Positions 1-9,715 of a DNA stretch of 64,000 bases are shown piece after piece (within the stretch, counting starts at the first letter, position 1; the number at the start of each line of letters is the position of its first letter). Below the pieces are notes generated by a model. The model searched no databases, was not told the origin of the DNA, and saw nothing but the letters and a program-made list of their open reading frames with translations. Made by a program: the position numbers and the translations under genes. This DNA is from Planctomycetota bacterium (GTDB taxonomy: Bacteria; Planctomycetota; B15-G4; SIAN01). The stretch is taken from NCBI GenBank assembly GCA_031409275.1, contig JANNXA010000034.1:64001-128000 (forward strand), in the 5' to 3' direction.

Positions 1-1983
1 CTGGTCGTCGAGCTTCAGGAAGATCTTGTCCTTCTCGAATCCGGAGAAGGAGAAGCCGTCCCCGAAGATCTGGCCCATGTGCTTGTTGGTGTAGCTGCTG
101 TCGTTCACCTTCTGCGTGCCGAACTCGTCCCGAGCATCGAGAGTGGACGCCACCACGTGGCGCCAGTACGTGCTTCAGGTGTCTTTCAAACTGTTCCCGG
201 AGATGAATCCGTTCGCGCACGCGAGGTCGAGGTCGCCATCGAGGTCGAGGTCGAGGAACTGCGGTGCCCAGGCCCACGCGGCTCCGACGCCGCCGAACTT
301 CGAGGAGACCGTCGTGAACTTGCCGTCCTGGAATTGGAACAGCGTGTTGCCGGCCGCGAGCTTCTTCAGCGTCTTCTCGCGCTGATCGCTCGTGTCGCTC
401 TTCACCAGCCGCGAGAGGATGCGGTTGCCGGCGCTCGACGACATGTTCGAGGCGTAGAGATCGATGTCGCCGTCGGCGTCGTAGTCGCCGAAGCAGCAAC
501 CCATCCCGTTGCCGACGTCGACGACGCCGACTTCCGTGGCGATGTCGGTGAACTTGAGTGCGCCGTCGTTGCGCCAGAACTCCTTCACGCCGTAGTCGTT
601 GGCGACGAAGAGATCCTGATCGCCGTCCTCGTCGAAATCGTGCCAAGCCGCGGCATAGGTCCAGCGGTTGGCCGGGAAGCCCGCTTCGGCGCTGCGCTCG
701 CTGAACGTGCCGTCGCCGTTGTTGACGTAGAACGCGTTCTTGCTGCCGTTGTCGGCGGCGAACCACGAGTTGGGACCGGCGAAGCTGCCCTTCTGGTAGC
801 CGGGGATGAAGAGGTCGAGATCGCCGTCATTGTCGGCGTCGGCCGCGCACGGCGAGAAGCCTTGCAGCAGCTCGGTGAAGCCGGCGGCCGCGCTGACGTT
901 CACGTACTTGCCGCCCTCGTTGCGATAGAGCTGGGTCGGCCGACCGACTTTCTCGGCCCCCTCCATCCACCCCGAATGCGCGACCAGCAGGTCGAGGTCG
1001 TTGTCGTTGTCGTAGTCGAAGAAGATGGCACCGGTGCCGGCGGGCGGCTGTGCGACTCCGACCTTCGCGGCGACGTCTTCGAACGTGCCGTCGCCCTTGT
1101 TGCGGTACAGGAAATTCTCGTTCTGCGACGGGACGAAGAGGTCCCACAGGCCGTCCCGATCGAAGTCGGCGACGGCCGCGCCGTTCCAGAAGAACGACTT
1201 GTTGCCGTCCTTGCCGAACTGCGGGCCGCGATGGGCGATGCCTGCCGAGCGCGCAACCTCGGTGAAGATCGAGGCGGGCCGTTCGATGTCGGCGAGCGAG
1301 GTGACCGTCCACCGGTCGACCTGCCACTTGCCGGCGACCTTCTTGATGTGGACGCGGCCGAACTCCTCGCGACCCATGCGGCCTCCGCCCGACTTGCGCC
1401 CGATCACGTTCACGCGCACGGTCAGCGCGCCCTCGACCGGCGTCGACTCGGAGAACTCGGCGCCACGCACCTTCACGAAGAAGAACTCGATGGTGCCGAA
1501 CGGTGCGATGAACTCGCGCCAGCTCTCCAGGAAGCCGCTGCGGTTGACGACCGTGAGACCTGCCTTGGTGTCCCAGGTCGACTTCGTCACGTCGAGCGGG
1601 AACGATTTGCTCTCCGCCTTGCCGGGCTTCGCGAGGTCATGACCGACGAAGTCGGCGGTGAAGAGCCCCTTGGCGCCGTGGAAGTCGCGCAGGCGGATCT
1701 TGTCGCCCCACTCGACGAAGGTGTTGGCGACATCCTCGGAAAAATCTTCGACCTCTTCGAGCGACTTGAGTCGCGCTGCCGGATCCTCGATGGCCGGCAG
1801 CGTCGCCGGGAGCTGCGCAACCGCCACCTCGACTTCAGTGACGGGTGCCGGAGCTGCCGCGGTGGCGGCCCCTTCCGACGGCGGCGCCGGAGTCGGCGCC
1901 TCGTCGCTGCAGGCGGCGACGAGCAGCGCGCATGGCGCGGCCGCTCGTCGGACCCAATTCGCCGTTCGATTCCGAATCTGCAT
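1..1983 (-). CDS. ASPIC/UnbV (CRTAC1-like) FG-GAP/VCBS beta-propeller lipoprotein with an NTF2/SnoaL-like N-terminal region; probable selenoprotein (in-frame TGA at 175-177); 3' partial
   Basis: Lipobox ALLVAAC; repeated DxDxDGxxDL motifs. After ...ANGFISGNSLKDT-TGA the frame stays open to base 1 (STYWRHVVAST...GFSFSGFEKDKIFLKLDDQ), continuing the propeller blade. SECIS-like hairpin follows the TGA. Confidence 0.85.
142..174 (-). promoter_or_regulatory. Candidate bacterial SECIS element
   Basis: Minus strand: TGA-AGCACGTAC-TGG-CGCCAC-GTG-GTGGCG-T-CCA. 6-bp perfect stem plus 3 bp beyond a bulged U; G-first loop 18 nt after the UGA. Confidence 0.65.
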
Positions 1984-2187
1984 CGCTGACTCTCCTTGCC
2001 GCGGTCGACCCGATCGTTCGCGATTCAGTGCGAACCGCTCCGGGCGTGATCATGCGTTCCTCGACACTCCTTGCCGAGCAACTCGAACCGGGTCGATTCG
2101 AGTCGTCCCCTCATCGGGTTGGGGCGACTTGTCTCGCGGCAAGGGCGAGTCTTTCCGCTTGCGGGGGTGCCGACGGCGCAGCGGGTT

Positions 2188-2202
2188 AGGCACACGCATT
2201 GC
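2188..2202 (+). promoter_or_regulatory. Candidate sigma54 (-24/-12) promoter
   Basis: AGGCAC-ACGCA-TTGC fits the GGCAC-N5-TTGC core, about 60 nt upstream of the CDS at 2265. Confidence 0.55.
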
Positions 2203-2264
2203 CTAGCGGGAGCCAGCGCGCACCGCTGCGCACCACACCCCGCTCTCCATGAGGCCTCCCAACC

Positions 2265-3545
2265 GTGACCGCCACCCGCCGCCTTTCGCCTCGCTCTCTC
2301 GTTGGCCCGCTCGCCGCCGCTGCCGCACTTGCCGGCTGCAGCGCGACGTTGCCCACCAATACCCGTGTTCCGATGCAGCCCGAGGAGGCCGGTGGCTACC
2401 GCGGCAATCCGACCAAGCCGTTCGGCTCGCTGTCGCAGGATCTGACCGCGGTCGACCTCGAACCGCAGGCGGATGGCCGCTACACGCTGCGCACCGCGCC
2501 GACGGCGGGCGCGCCGGAGTGGAAGGACCTCGACCTGCGCTGGTTCGTGCCGCGCATCCCGGCGCTCGCGAAGGGCAACGACACGTTGACCCGCGTCGCC
2601 CTGATGCAGCGCGAGTTCAACCGCAACGAGACGAAGTTCGGCGCGGTCGGCGACTACGCCGAGACGAAGATCGCCAACAACTGCCTGCGCGCCGGAATGT
2701 GGGAGGTCGTCCTCGAGAAGAAGAAGGAGGACGGCTCGATGGGCATGACCTATCACGGCTGGTTCGACTTCCCGCTCGACCACTACGCCGCGCTCTTCCA
2801 GCAGGCGAACGGGATGACGTTCGACGCCGCGCGCGAGCTCGTCATCGGCTACCCGGCGTTCGGCGGCTTCGCCTTCCCGCTCGATCAGCTGCGTACGGTG
2901 GAGCGCGAGCGCGTCGTCTCCGCCGCGCAGATCGACCGCCACGCCGCCGACAAGCTCGCCCGTCTGCCCGAGCAGACGCGCAAGGCGGCGCTGGTGCTGA
3001 CGCCTGGCATCGAGACCTACGGCGACTACAGCGATCCGGCGAAGCAGCCGATCCGTGTGGCCGAGTTCAGCGAGCCAGGCTTCTACAACCTCGACAAGCC
3101 GGTCGCGTTCGACTTGTCGTGGCTCGCGAAGCCCGAGTCGATCGCGTGGCGCGCGGTGAAGGGCGTGCAGGCTCCCATCGAGCTGAACGAGCTCGAGATC
3201 CGCTTCGCCGGCGGCCCGCGCATCGTCATCGGGGACGAGGGAATCGCCGCGCTGCCGGTCCGCGAGGCGGCACCGACCAAGGAGTCGGAGACGTTGCGAC
3301 TGACCTTCGGCATCGGCACGCCCGACATCTACGCGACGCTCGCCGAGCGAAAGGCGGAGTTCGAGGGCGGCCGCGCGAACTACCTGCTGCTGCTCGACGC
3401 GCACGGCCAGCACCTCGACAACCACCTTGGCGGTTGCGACCGCGTCTACCTGTGGCGCACCGCGGATGCGTTGCACGTCTACCTGATCGGCTACGAGCGC
3501 ATGACGATCGTGAGCCACCTCACGATCCCGTGGCAGCTGCCCTGA
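2265..3545 (+). CDS. Hypothetical lipoprotein
   Basis: 426-aa ORF with lipobox ALAGC and coding-like composition; no family recognised. Confidence 0.8.
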   Translation: MTATRRLSPRSLVGPLAAAAALAGCSATLPTNTRVPMQPEEAGGYRGNPTKPFGSLSQDLTAVDLEPQADGRYTLRTAPTAGAPEWKDLDLRWFVPRIPALAKGNDTLTRVALMQREFNRNETKFGAVGDYAETKIANNCLRAGMWEVVLEKKKEDGSMGMTYHGWFDFPLDHYAALFQQANGMTFDAARELVIGYPAFGGFAFPLDQLRTVERERVVSAAQIDRHAADKLARLPEQTRKAALVLTPGIETYGDYSDPAKQPIRVAEFSEPGFYNLDKPVAFDLSWLAKPESIAWRAVKGVQAPIELNELEIRFAGGPRIVIGDEGIAALPVREAAPTKESETLRLTFGIGTPDIYATLAERKAEFEGGRANYLLLLDAHGQHLDNHLGGCDRVYLWRTADALHVYLIGYERMTIVSHLTIPWQLP

Positions 3546-3756
3546 TCGCCGCGAGGTTCGGCGCGAGCGGATGAAGCGAAAGATGCGGCCGGCTTCGTCA
3601 GGCGAGGCCGGCCGCTTCACTTCGTCCCGTGAAGCGGCCATGCTCGCCCGCACTCCCGGGACCCACAGCAGTCGATGACGCAACGAGGGGAGAGCGCGCG
3701 CCGCTGGGTCGCGACGGTGCATCTCCCTTCGAATCATTGAAGAGGGAGACACGCGG

Positions 3757-5043
3757 ATGATGCGGATCAAGGAAACGGCGACGCTCTGCGCGCTCTGCGC
3801 GCTCTGCGCGCTCTGCGCGCTGGCGTTGCCGGCGTCGGCGCAGTCGGAGCTCGACCTCAAACTGAAGAAGCTGAACGACGCCGCGCAGGCCGATCCGGGG
3901 CTTTCGGCCGACTTCAAGGCGGCCCTCGCGGACGTCGCGGGAACGCTCGGCAAGGCGCAGGGTGGTGGACTCGGTCCCTGGGTCGACAAACTCAAGTTCT
4001 ACGGCGACTTCCGCCTGCGCCACGAGACCGACTTCCACCTGGACGACCAGGAGAGCCGCAATCGCGAGCGACTCCGCTTCCGGGTGGGCGGCGACTACGC
4101 CGTGAACGACGAGATGAGCGTGGGCGCGCGGCTGGTCACTGGCAGCGCCACCGATGAGAACTCGCCGCACCAGAACCTCGGCGCGACGTTCGACAAGTTC
4201 TCGATCAGCCTCGATCGCGCCTTCGTGACCTGGAAGCCGGCGGCGATCGCCGGCACCTGGATCACGGGCGGCAAGTTCGGCCACCCGATCGAACGCAACC
4301 CTGTCTACGGCGAGCTCATCTGGGACGACGACGTGCAGCCGACCGGCATCGCGGCTGGCGGGACGCATGGCGCCTTCAAGTGGATGGCGGGCGAGTACCT
4401 GCTGCTCGACAACTCGAACAGCGGCACGCTCGAATCGGCCGCGGCCCTGGTCGCGCAGGCGAGCGCCACTGGCAAGCTGAACGACGCCAACAAGGTCACC
4501 GGCGCGCTGACCTTCTATCGCTACAGCCGGTTGAACCCCGATGACGTGAACGGCGGCCGCCTGTTCAGCGAGAACTTCGGCAACGTCGGCGTCGACACGA
4601 CGGGCGACGCCACGCTCGACGACTACCTGTCGCGCTTCACGATCTACAACCCGATGGTCGCGCTGGAGAACAACAGCTTCTCGCAGCCGTTGATCTTCGC
4701 AGCCGAGTACCTCCTGAACCCGCGCGCGAAGATCGACGCCGACTCGGGCTACTCCGTCGGCGTGAAGTGGGGCAAGAACAAGGCGAAGGGCGATTGGCAG
4801 GCCTACTACAACTGGCAGGCGATGGGCCAGGACGCGGTGCTGTCGAACTTCACCAACGACGACTTCCTGTTCGGCACCAACTACCGCGGCCACCTCGTCG
4901 GCGTGAAGTGGCAGTGCCTCGACAAGGCGGAACTCCACTTCTGGGGCTCGGCGATGCGCCGCTCGAACCTCGGCACGTCGGCAACCACCGACGACGACCA
5001 GCTGCAGATGCGCGCGCGGGTGGACCTCAACATCCGGTTCTGA
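3757..5043 (+). CDS. Putative outer-membrane porin (Porin_5-like)
   Basis: Signal peptide, 'KFYGDFRLRHE...RNRERLRFR' motif, amphipathic beta strands, C-terminal Phe. Confidence 0.8.
   Translation: MMRIKETATLCALCALCALCALALPASAQSELDLKLKKLNDAAQADPGLSADFKAALADVAGTLGKAQGGGLGPWVDKLKFYGDFRLRHETDFHLDDQESRNRERLRFRVGGDYAVNDEMSVGARLVTGSATDENSPHQNLGATFDKFSISLDRAFVTWKPAAIAGTWITGGKFGHPIERNPVYGELIWDDDVQPTGIAAGGTHGAFKWMAGEYLLLDNSNSGTLESAAALVAQASATGKLNDANKVTGALTFYRYSRLNPDDVNGGRLFSENFGNVGVDTTGDATLDDYLSRFTIYNPMVALENNSFSQPLIFAAEYLLNPRAKIDADSGYSVGVKWGKNKAKGDWQAYYNWQAMGQDAVLSNFTNDDFLFGTNYRGHLVGVKWQCLDKAELHFWGSAMRRSNLGTSATTDDDQLQMRARVDLNIRF
3782..3821 (+). repeat. 9-bp tandem repeat (CGCTCTGCG) x4.4 in the porin signal peptide
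   Basis: Read directly from the sequence; encodes LCA-LCA-LCA-LCA. Confidence 0.9.
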
Positions 5044-5061
5044 GCGAGATCACGTTCCCGA

Positions 5062-6645
5062 TCAGCGGCGCGCGAAGCTCACGCGCTCCCGGCGTGGCGC
5101 GCCGCTGATCGGGTCCTTGCTCGCCGCGCCGAGGTCGAAGTCACGCGCCGTGCCGCGGTCAAGGTCGCTCGACGGCCGGGCTCGCGCCAGCGCCGCTTGC
5201 CACGCCTCGTGCTGCGCTTCCGGAAAGGGCGCCTCGTTGTCGCGATAGGTGACGGTCCAGAGGTGCCCGCCCGGCCCTGTCGCATCGGGCGCCCACAGCA
5301 GCTCGACGCCGCGTTGGCGGGCGAGCAGCAGCAGCTCGTAGCGCAGCCGCCCTGCCGAGCCGCGCCAACCGCGCAGGTCGGGGCCGACGGTGTTCTCCGC
5401 GTAAGCGCCAAAGACCGCGATGCGATCACCTGGCGCGAGCTGCTCTGAGAACCACTGAAACGCCGCGCGGCTGTTGCGATCCTGCGCGGTCTTGTAGGGC
5501 TGAAGGACGTCGCGCACGGCGCTGCCAAGCGCGAAGAGCGCGAGTGCCAGCGTCGCGATGCGACCGGCCGTGACCGCGCCCCGCGCACCGCGCCAACGCG
5601 CCGTGATGGCGACGACGCCGCTGGCCGCCAACAGGCAGATCGGTACCGCGAGGTGGAGCGTGATGCGGGCGCTGCCACCGAAGGGGTACTTGCGCAGCGC
5701 GGAGGCGACCAACATCGGGAGGAGCGGCGCCAGCAGCAGCAGCAACGGAACGCGCCGACCGCGTCGCCACCACGCGACGGCGCCGGCGACGACCAGCAGG
5801 AAGGTCGCGCTCGAGCCGAAGTTCGGGCCTCCATTGGGGTAGGCGAGCATGTTCCCGGTCAGCTCGCGCAGCAGCCACCAAGGCCAGCGCCACGGCGCCG
5901 ACAGAGGCAGAAAGGCATCGGCCCAGTGGCGCGCGTCGGCGATGCGCTCCTCGCTCCACTGCTGCGCGTGGCCGAAGGCGAAGTACATCACCGCGAAGCT
6001 CGTCAGGATCGTCGCACCCGCAAGCAGCGCCGCCATGCGTCGTTCGCGCCGCGCCCGCATCGCCAGCACGACGCCGCAGCCCGCCGCCACGAAGATCGCC
6101 GGGTAGCTGCACCACACCGCGACCGCACCGATCAGCGCGAAGCGCAGCCACGCTCGTCGCTCGTCGCGCGCCACCCGCAGCGCCGCGTCGTAGAGCAGCA
6201 CGCCCGCCAGCAGATCGAAGGCGTAGGGCTTCACCTCGGCGCCGTGGCGGATCAAGTAGTAGGAGCCGCCGAACCAGGCGATGGCGGCCAGCGCCGTGAC
6301 GCGCGGCAGCAGCCGACGCGCGACTCCGGCGAAGAGCAGCAGCGCCGCGATGCCGGCCAGCAACGCAGGCAGCCGCAGCACCAACGTCTCACCGCCGAAG
6401 TGCTGCACCAGCCAGCCGGTCGGCAACAGCCAGCCAAGCGGCACGACCATCTCGAACTCGAGCGGCTGCAGCAGTCCGTGTCGATCGCGCGCCAGCAGGC
6501 TGCACGCGACGAATGCCTCGTCGCCCCAGATCGGGAAGTCGACCGCGTAGCGAACCACTCGCGCCGCCAGCGCGAGCGCAACGACGATCCAGAGCGCCCT
6601 TCGCCCGCGCATCGCGGCGTGCAGAGCGCGCCGCAGCTCGCTCAT
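5062..6645 (-). CDS. GT-C (family 39/PMT-like) membrane glycosyltransferase
   Basis: Multi-TM protein with 'IWGDEA' loop and 'EVKPYAFD' motif; ATG overlaps the upstream stop (ATGA). Confidence 0.75.
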   Translation of the reverse strand: MSELRRALHAAMRGRRALWIVVALALAARVVRYAVDFPIWGDEAFVACSLLARDRHGLLQPLEFEMVVPLGWLLPTGWLVQHFGGETLVLRLPALLAGIAALLLFAGVARRLLPRVTALAAIAWFGGSYYLIRHGAEVKPYAFDLLAGVLLYDAALRVARDERRAWLRFALIGAVAVWCSYPAIFVAAGCGVVLAMRARRERRMAALLAGATILTSFAVMYFAFGHAQQWSEERIADARHWADAFLPLSAPWRWPWWLLRELTGNMLAYPNGGPNFGSSATFLLVVAGAVAWWRRGRRVPLLLLLAPLLPMLVASALRKYPFGGSARITLHLAVPICLLAASGVVAITARWRGARGAVTAGRIATLALALFALGSAVRDVLQPYKTAQDRNSRAAFQWFSEQLAPGDRIAVFGAYAENTVGPDLRGWRGSAGRLRYELLLLARQRGVELLWAPDATGPGGHLWTVTYRDNEAPFPEAQHEAWQAALARARPSSDLDRGTARDFDLGAASKDPISGAPRRERVSFARR

Positions 6646-8381
6646 CCGTTCGCGCCGCGCCGCGCCACCCACGCTTCCATCCGCGCGCTCAGCAGATCGA
6701 GCGGCAGCGCCCCTTCGCCCAGCAGCTCGTCGTGGAAGTCGCGCAAGTCGAAGCGGGGGCCGAGCTCCGCCTGCGCGGCGCGTCGTAGCTTCCAGATCGC
6801 CAGTTCGCCGAGCTTGTAGGAGAGCGCTTGCGCGGGCCACACGATGTAGCGATCGACCTCGACGATGATGTCATGCAGCGGCTTGCCGGTGTTGTTGGCG
6901 AAGTAGTCGATCGCCTGCTGGCGCGTCCACCCCAGCGCATGCAGTCCCGTATCGACCACCAGACGGATCGCGCGCCACATCTCGTAGGAGAGCTGGCCGA
7001 AGCGCGAGTAGGGATCGGCGTAGAAGCCCATTTCGTAGCCGAGCGCTTCGGAGTAGAGCGCCCATCCTTCGACGTACGCGTTGCAGCCGCCGTGGCGGCG
7101 GAACTCGGGCAGGTCGAGCTCGGCGGCCAGAGCCAGCTGCAGATGGTGGCCCGGCACCGCTTCGTGCAGCGCCAACGCCTCCATCTCCCAGCGCGGCCGC
7201 GAGTCGAGCATGCTGGTGTTGGCATAGAACCAGCCCGGTCGTCCCGCCTCGAGCGAGCCCGGCAGGTAGTAGGCCATCGTCTGCGATTCGGCGCTGAAGG
7301 CGGGCACCTCGATCACGCCGTAGGGCAGGCGCGGCAGCTTTCGCACCAGCTTCACGAGCTGCGGATCGACGCGCTTGCAGAAGTCGCGGTACTCGGACAA
7401 GAGCTGCGCCGCGCTGGTGCAATAGAAGCGCGGGTCGGTGCGCAGGAAACTGCAGAAGTCCGCGAAGCTGCCCTGGAAGCCGCTGTCGCGCACGGTCTGC
7501 TCGAGCGCGCCGCGCAGCCGCGCCACCTCTTCGAGTCCGATCTCGTGGATCGCGCGCGGCGACAACGAGGTCGTCGTCTGCTCGCGCACCTTGAAGGCGT
7601 ACCACGCCTCGCCGTCGGGAAGGTCGCGCCACGCCGTCGATGGGCGCGACCCGGGCAGGTAGCGCCGGGTGAGGAAGTCGCGCAGCGTGACCAGACGCGG
7701 CGCGATCCGCTCGCGCATCAGCGTCGAAGCGTCCTCCTTCATCAGCGTCGCCGCCGGGCCGTCGGCATGCAGGGCGGCGCTGACGATCGGCGCGAGCAAC
7801 GGGCTTTCGAGCGGATCGGCGGTGTAGAGCGCGTCGACTTGGTTCGGCACGTCGCGCAGCGTCACCTGCGGCGGCGTGATCCCGCGCGCGAGCCCTTCGC
7901 GCAGCAGCTCGAGACTCTGGTCGAGGAGCAGCGGCAGCGCCTCGAGGCGCGCCAGGAGGTCGGCACGATCGCGTTCCGTGGCCGCCGGCGCCGCGGCCAT
8001 CAACTGCACCGGATCCTGATGGACGCCGTCCATCTGGGAGATGCAGAGCAGCTCGAAGGGCCAGCGCGTCTCCTCGATCGACTGCTCGCAGTCGCGCACG
8101 AAGAGGTCGAGGTTCAACTGATCCGCGACCGCGAGCTCGCGCCGCGGCAGCGTGCGCGCAGCCGCCAGCGGAGCCTGCAGTTCGCCGCGGCGCCGCTCGA
8201 TGGCCGCGCGCGAACGATCGGAGAAGCGGTGGTTCTCGCCCGGGAAGCCGTGCCACGTCGCACGCTCGGGGAACTCGTGCATCTCCCAGGCCCAGGTCGC
8301 CTGCAGCAGCTCGTGAAGCCGCGCGGCCGCGCTGGTTGCCGGCCGTGCAGCGATCTCCTGGCAACGTCGGGCGAAGTCCAT
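6642..8381 (-). CDS. DUF885 family protein (putative metallopeptidase)
   Basis: Motifs HEAVPGHHLQ, EGWALYSE, VVDTGLH, EVDRYIVWPAQALSYKLG. Confidence 0.9.
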   Translation of the reverse strand: MDFARRCQEIAARPATSAAARLHELLQATWAWEMHEFPERATWHGFPGENHRFSDRSRAAIERRRGELQAPLAAARTLPRRELAVADQLNLDLFVRDCEQSIEETRWPFELLCISQMDGVHQDPVQLMAAAPAATERDRADLLARLEALPLLLDQSLELLREGLARGITPPQVTLRDVPNQVDALYTADPLESPLLAPIVSAALHADGPAATLMKEDASTLMRERIAPRLVTLRDFLTRRYLPGSRPSTAWRDLPDGEAWYAFKVREQTTTSLSPRAIHEIGLEEVARLRGALEQTVRDSGFQGSFADFCSFLRTDPRFYCTSAAQLLSEYRDFCKRVDPQLVKLVRKLPRLPYGVIEVPAFSAESQTMAYYLPGSLEAGRPGWFYANTSMLDSRPRWEMEALALHEAVPGHHLQLALAAELDLPEFRRHGGCNAYVEGWALYSEALGYEMGFYADPYSRFGQLSYEMWRAIRLVVDTGLHALGWTRQQAIDYFANNTGKPLHDIIVEVDRYIVWPAQALSYKLGELAIWKLRRAAQAELGPRFDLRDFHDELLGEGALPLDLLSARMEAWVARRGANG

Positions 8382-8450
8382 GCGGCGCGCGCTCCGGTCC
8401 GCGAGTCGATGCGGAAAAGCGCGAGAAACTAGCAGCGCGCGCGTCCGCCG

Positions 8451-9125
8451 TCAGGCCGTCGGCTTGGCGTCGCCGTCGTCCTTCTTCGATTCGGGTGGCG
8501 GCGGTGGCGGGGGCAGAGGGGTTGCCGCGTGACGCGCCAACGCACCGCGCGCCCGCTCGGCGACGTCGAGCTGCGAGTAGAGCTCGATCATCGTCGTCAC
8601 GTCGAGCTTCAAGTGCAGCAGCAGCAGGTCGGTCAGCTGCCCGATCGGCACGTTCTGCGGCAGGACGACGCTGGGGCTGCGCGCCTTCACGGCGACCATC
8701 AGCTCCTTGCGCAGCGGCGTGGTGTCAGCGGCGGCCGGCGGCTTCTCCGCGAGCGGCGCGACCTCGACCTTTCGGTAGGGGCGATCGCTCGAGACTTCCG
8801 TGAGGCGCACGCGCTTCAGGCCGACCACGAAGATGAGGAAGCGGCCGTCGGGGTAGCGCTCGTGGCGGGCGATCTCGCCGAGTCCGGCGATCTCGTGGAC
8901 CGGCGGCGCGCCAAGGAGCTCGTGCTCGTGGCCGGGGACCACCGTGCCCAGCACGAGGCGACCGTTGCGATCGAGGAGGTCCTCGATCATCTGGCGGTAG
9001 CGCGGCTCGAAGATGTGCAGCGGCAGCGCCGTGCCCGGGAAGAGGAAGAGGCCGGGCAGAGGGAAAAGCGGTACGACGCCATGCGAGGCGGGCGTTGCCG
9101 TGGGGCTGTCGATCGATTCGGTCAT
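8451..9125 (-). CDS. LON peptidase substrate-binding domain protein
   Basis: 'PLFPLPGLFLFPGTALPLHIFEPRYRQM' signature; start set at MTESIDS. Confidence 0.85.
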   Translation of the reverse strand: MTESIDSPTATPASHGVVPLFPLPGLFLFPGTALPLHIFEPRYRQMIEDLLDRNGRLVLGTVVPGHEHELLGAPPVHEIAGLGEIARHERYPDGRFLIFVVGLKRVRLTEVSSDRPYRKVEVAPLAEKPPAAADTTPLRKELMVAVKARSPSVVLPQNVPIGQLTDLLLLHLKLDVTTMIELYSQLDVAERARGALARHAATPLPPPPPPPESKKDDGDAKPTA

Positions 9126-9160
9126 TGGGCGCGATCGTACCGCCGCGCGCGGCAGCGCGA

Positions 9161-9649
9161 TCAGCTCGCTGGCGGCGCCGACCACGGATGACGACGGCGG
9201 AACTCGCCGAGCGCGAGGGCGGCCGCGGTGCTCTGGTTCAGCGAGCGCACCACGCCGCGCACCTGCGGGATCGAGACGCAGCGGTCGCTGCGGGCTTCGC
9301 GCAGCGGGCGCGGCAGCCCTTCGCTCTCGCAGCCGAGCACGAAGACGGTGCGCTCCTCGAAGGGCACGTCGTAGAGCGAGCGCGGCGCCTCTGCCGTGAG
9401 GAACCACGCTTCGCCCAGCGCCGGAAGCGCGGTCAGGAACAGGTCGAGATCGCGGTGGAGGCGCGGATGGACGTGCGGCCAGTAGTCGAGGCCGGAGCGG
9501 CGCACCGCGCTCGCATCGAGCGAGAAGCCGAGCGGCTCGACGAGGTGGAGTTGCGCGCCGAACGCGAGGCACGAGCGGGCGGTGTTGCCCGTGTTCCACG
9601 GGATCTCGGGCCACACCAGCGCGAGATGAAGGTCATGCGTCGGGTCCAT
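9161..9649 (-). CDS. trmL: tRNA (cytidine/uridine-34 2'-O)-methyltransferase
   Basis: SPOUT motifs PEIPWNTGN, RRSGLDYW, GCESEGLP, RSLNQS. Confidence 0.9.
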   Translation of the reverse strand: MDPTHDLHLALVWPEIPWNTGNTARSCLAFGAQLHLVEPLGFSLDASAVRRSGLDYWPHVHPRLHRDLDLFLTALPALGEAWFLTAEAPRSLYDVPFEERTVFVLGCESEGLPRPLREARSDRCVSIPQVRGVVRSLNQSTAAALALGEFRRRHPWSAPPAS

Positions 9650-9715
9650 CGCCGCGAATGTACGCGCGCGCCGTCTCGATAGCGTTGGACGCGATCGAGT
9701 CGCGGGGAGGAAGCC

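Noticed and set aside
79..1989. Long antisense ORFs (also 20620..23721+, 25140..27269+, 39630..42947+, 41179..45024-, 44913..47384-, 50992..54111-)
   Set aside because: Shadow frames opposite motif-bearing genes, expected from GC-rich codon bias; no recognisable motifs.
3543..3640. Read-through of the TGA ending the 2265 lipoprotein (hairpins follow)
   Set aside because: The continuation is short and not protein-like and has no Cys-type motif context; the hairpins fit ordinary intergenic stem-loops.
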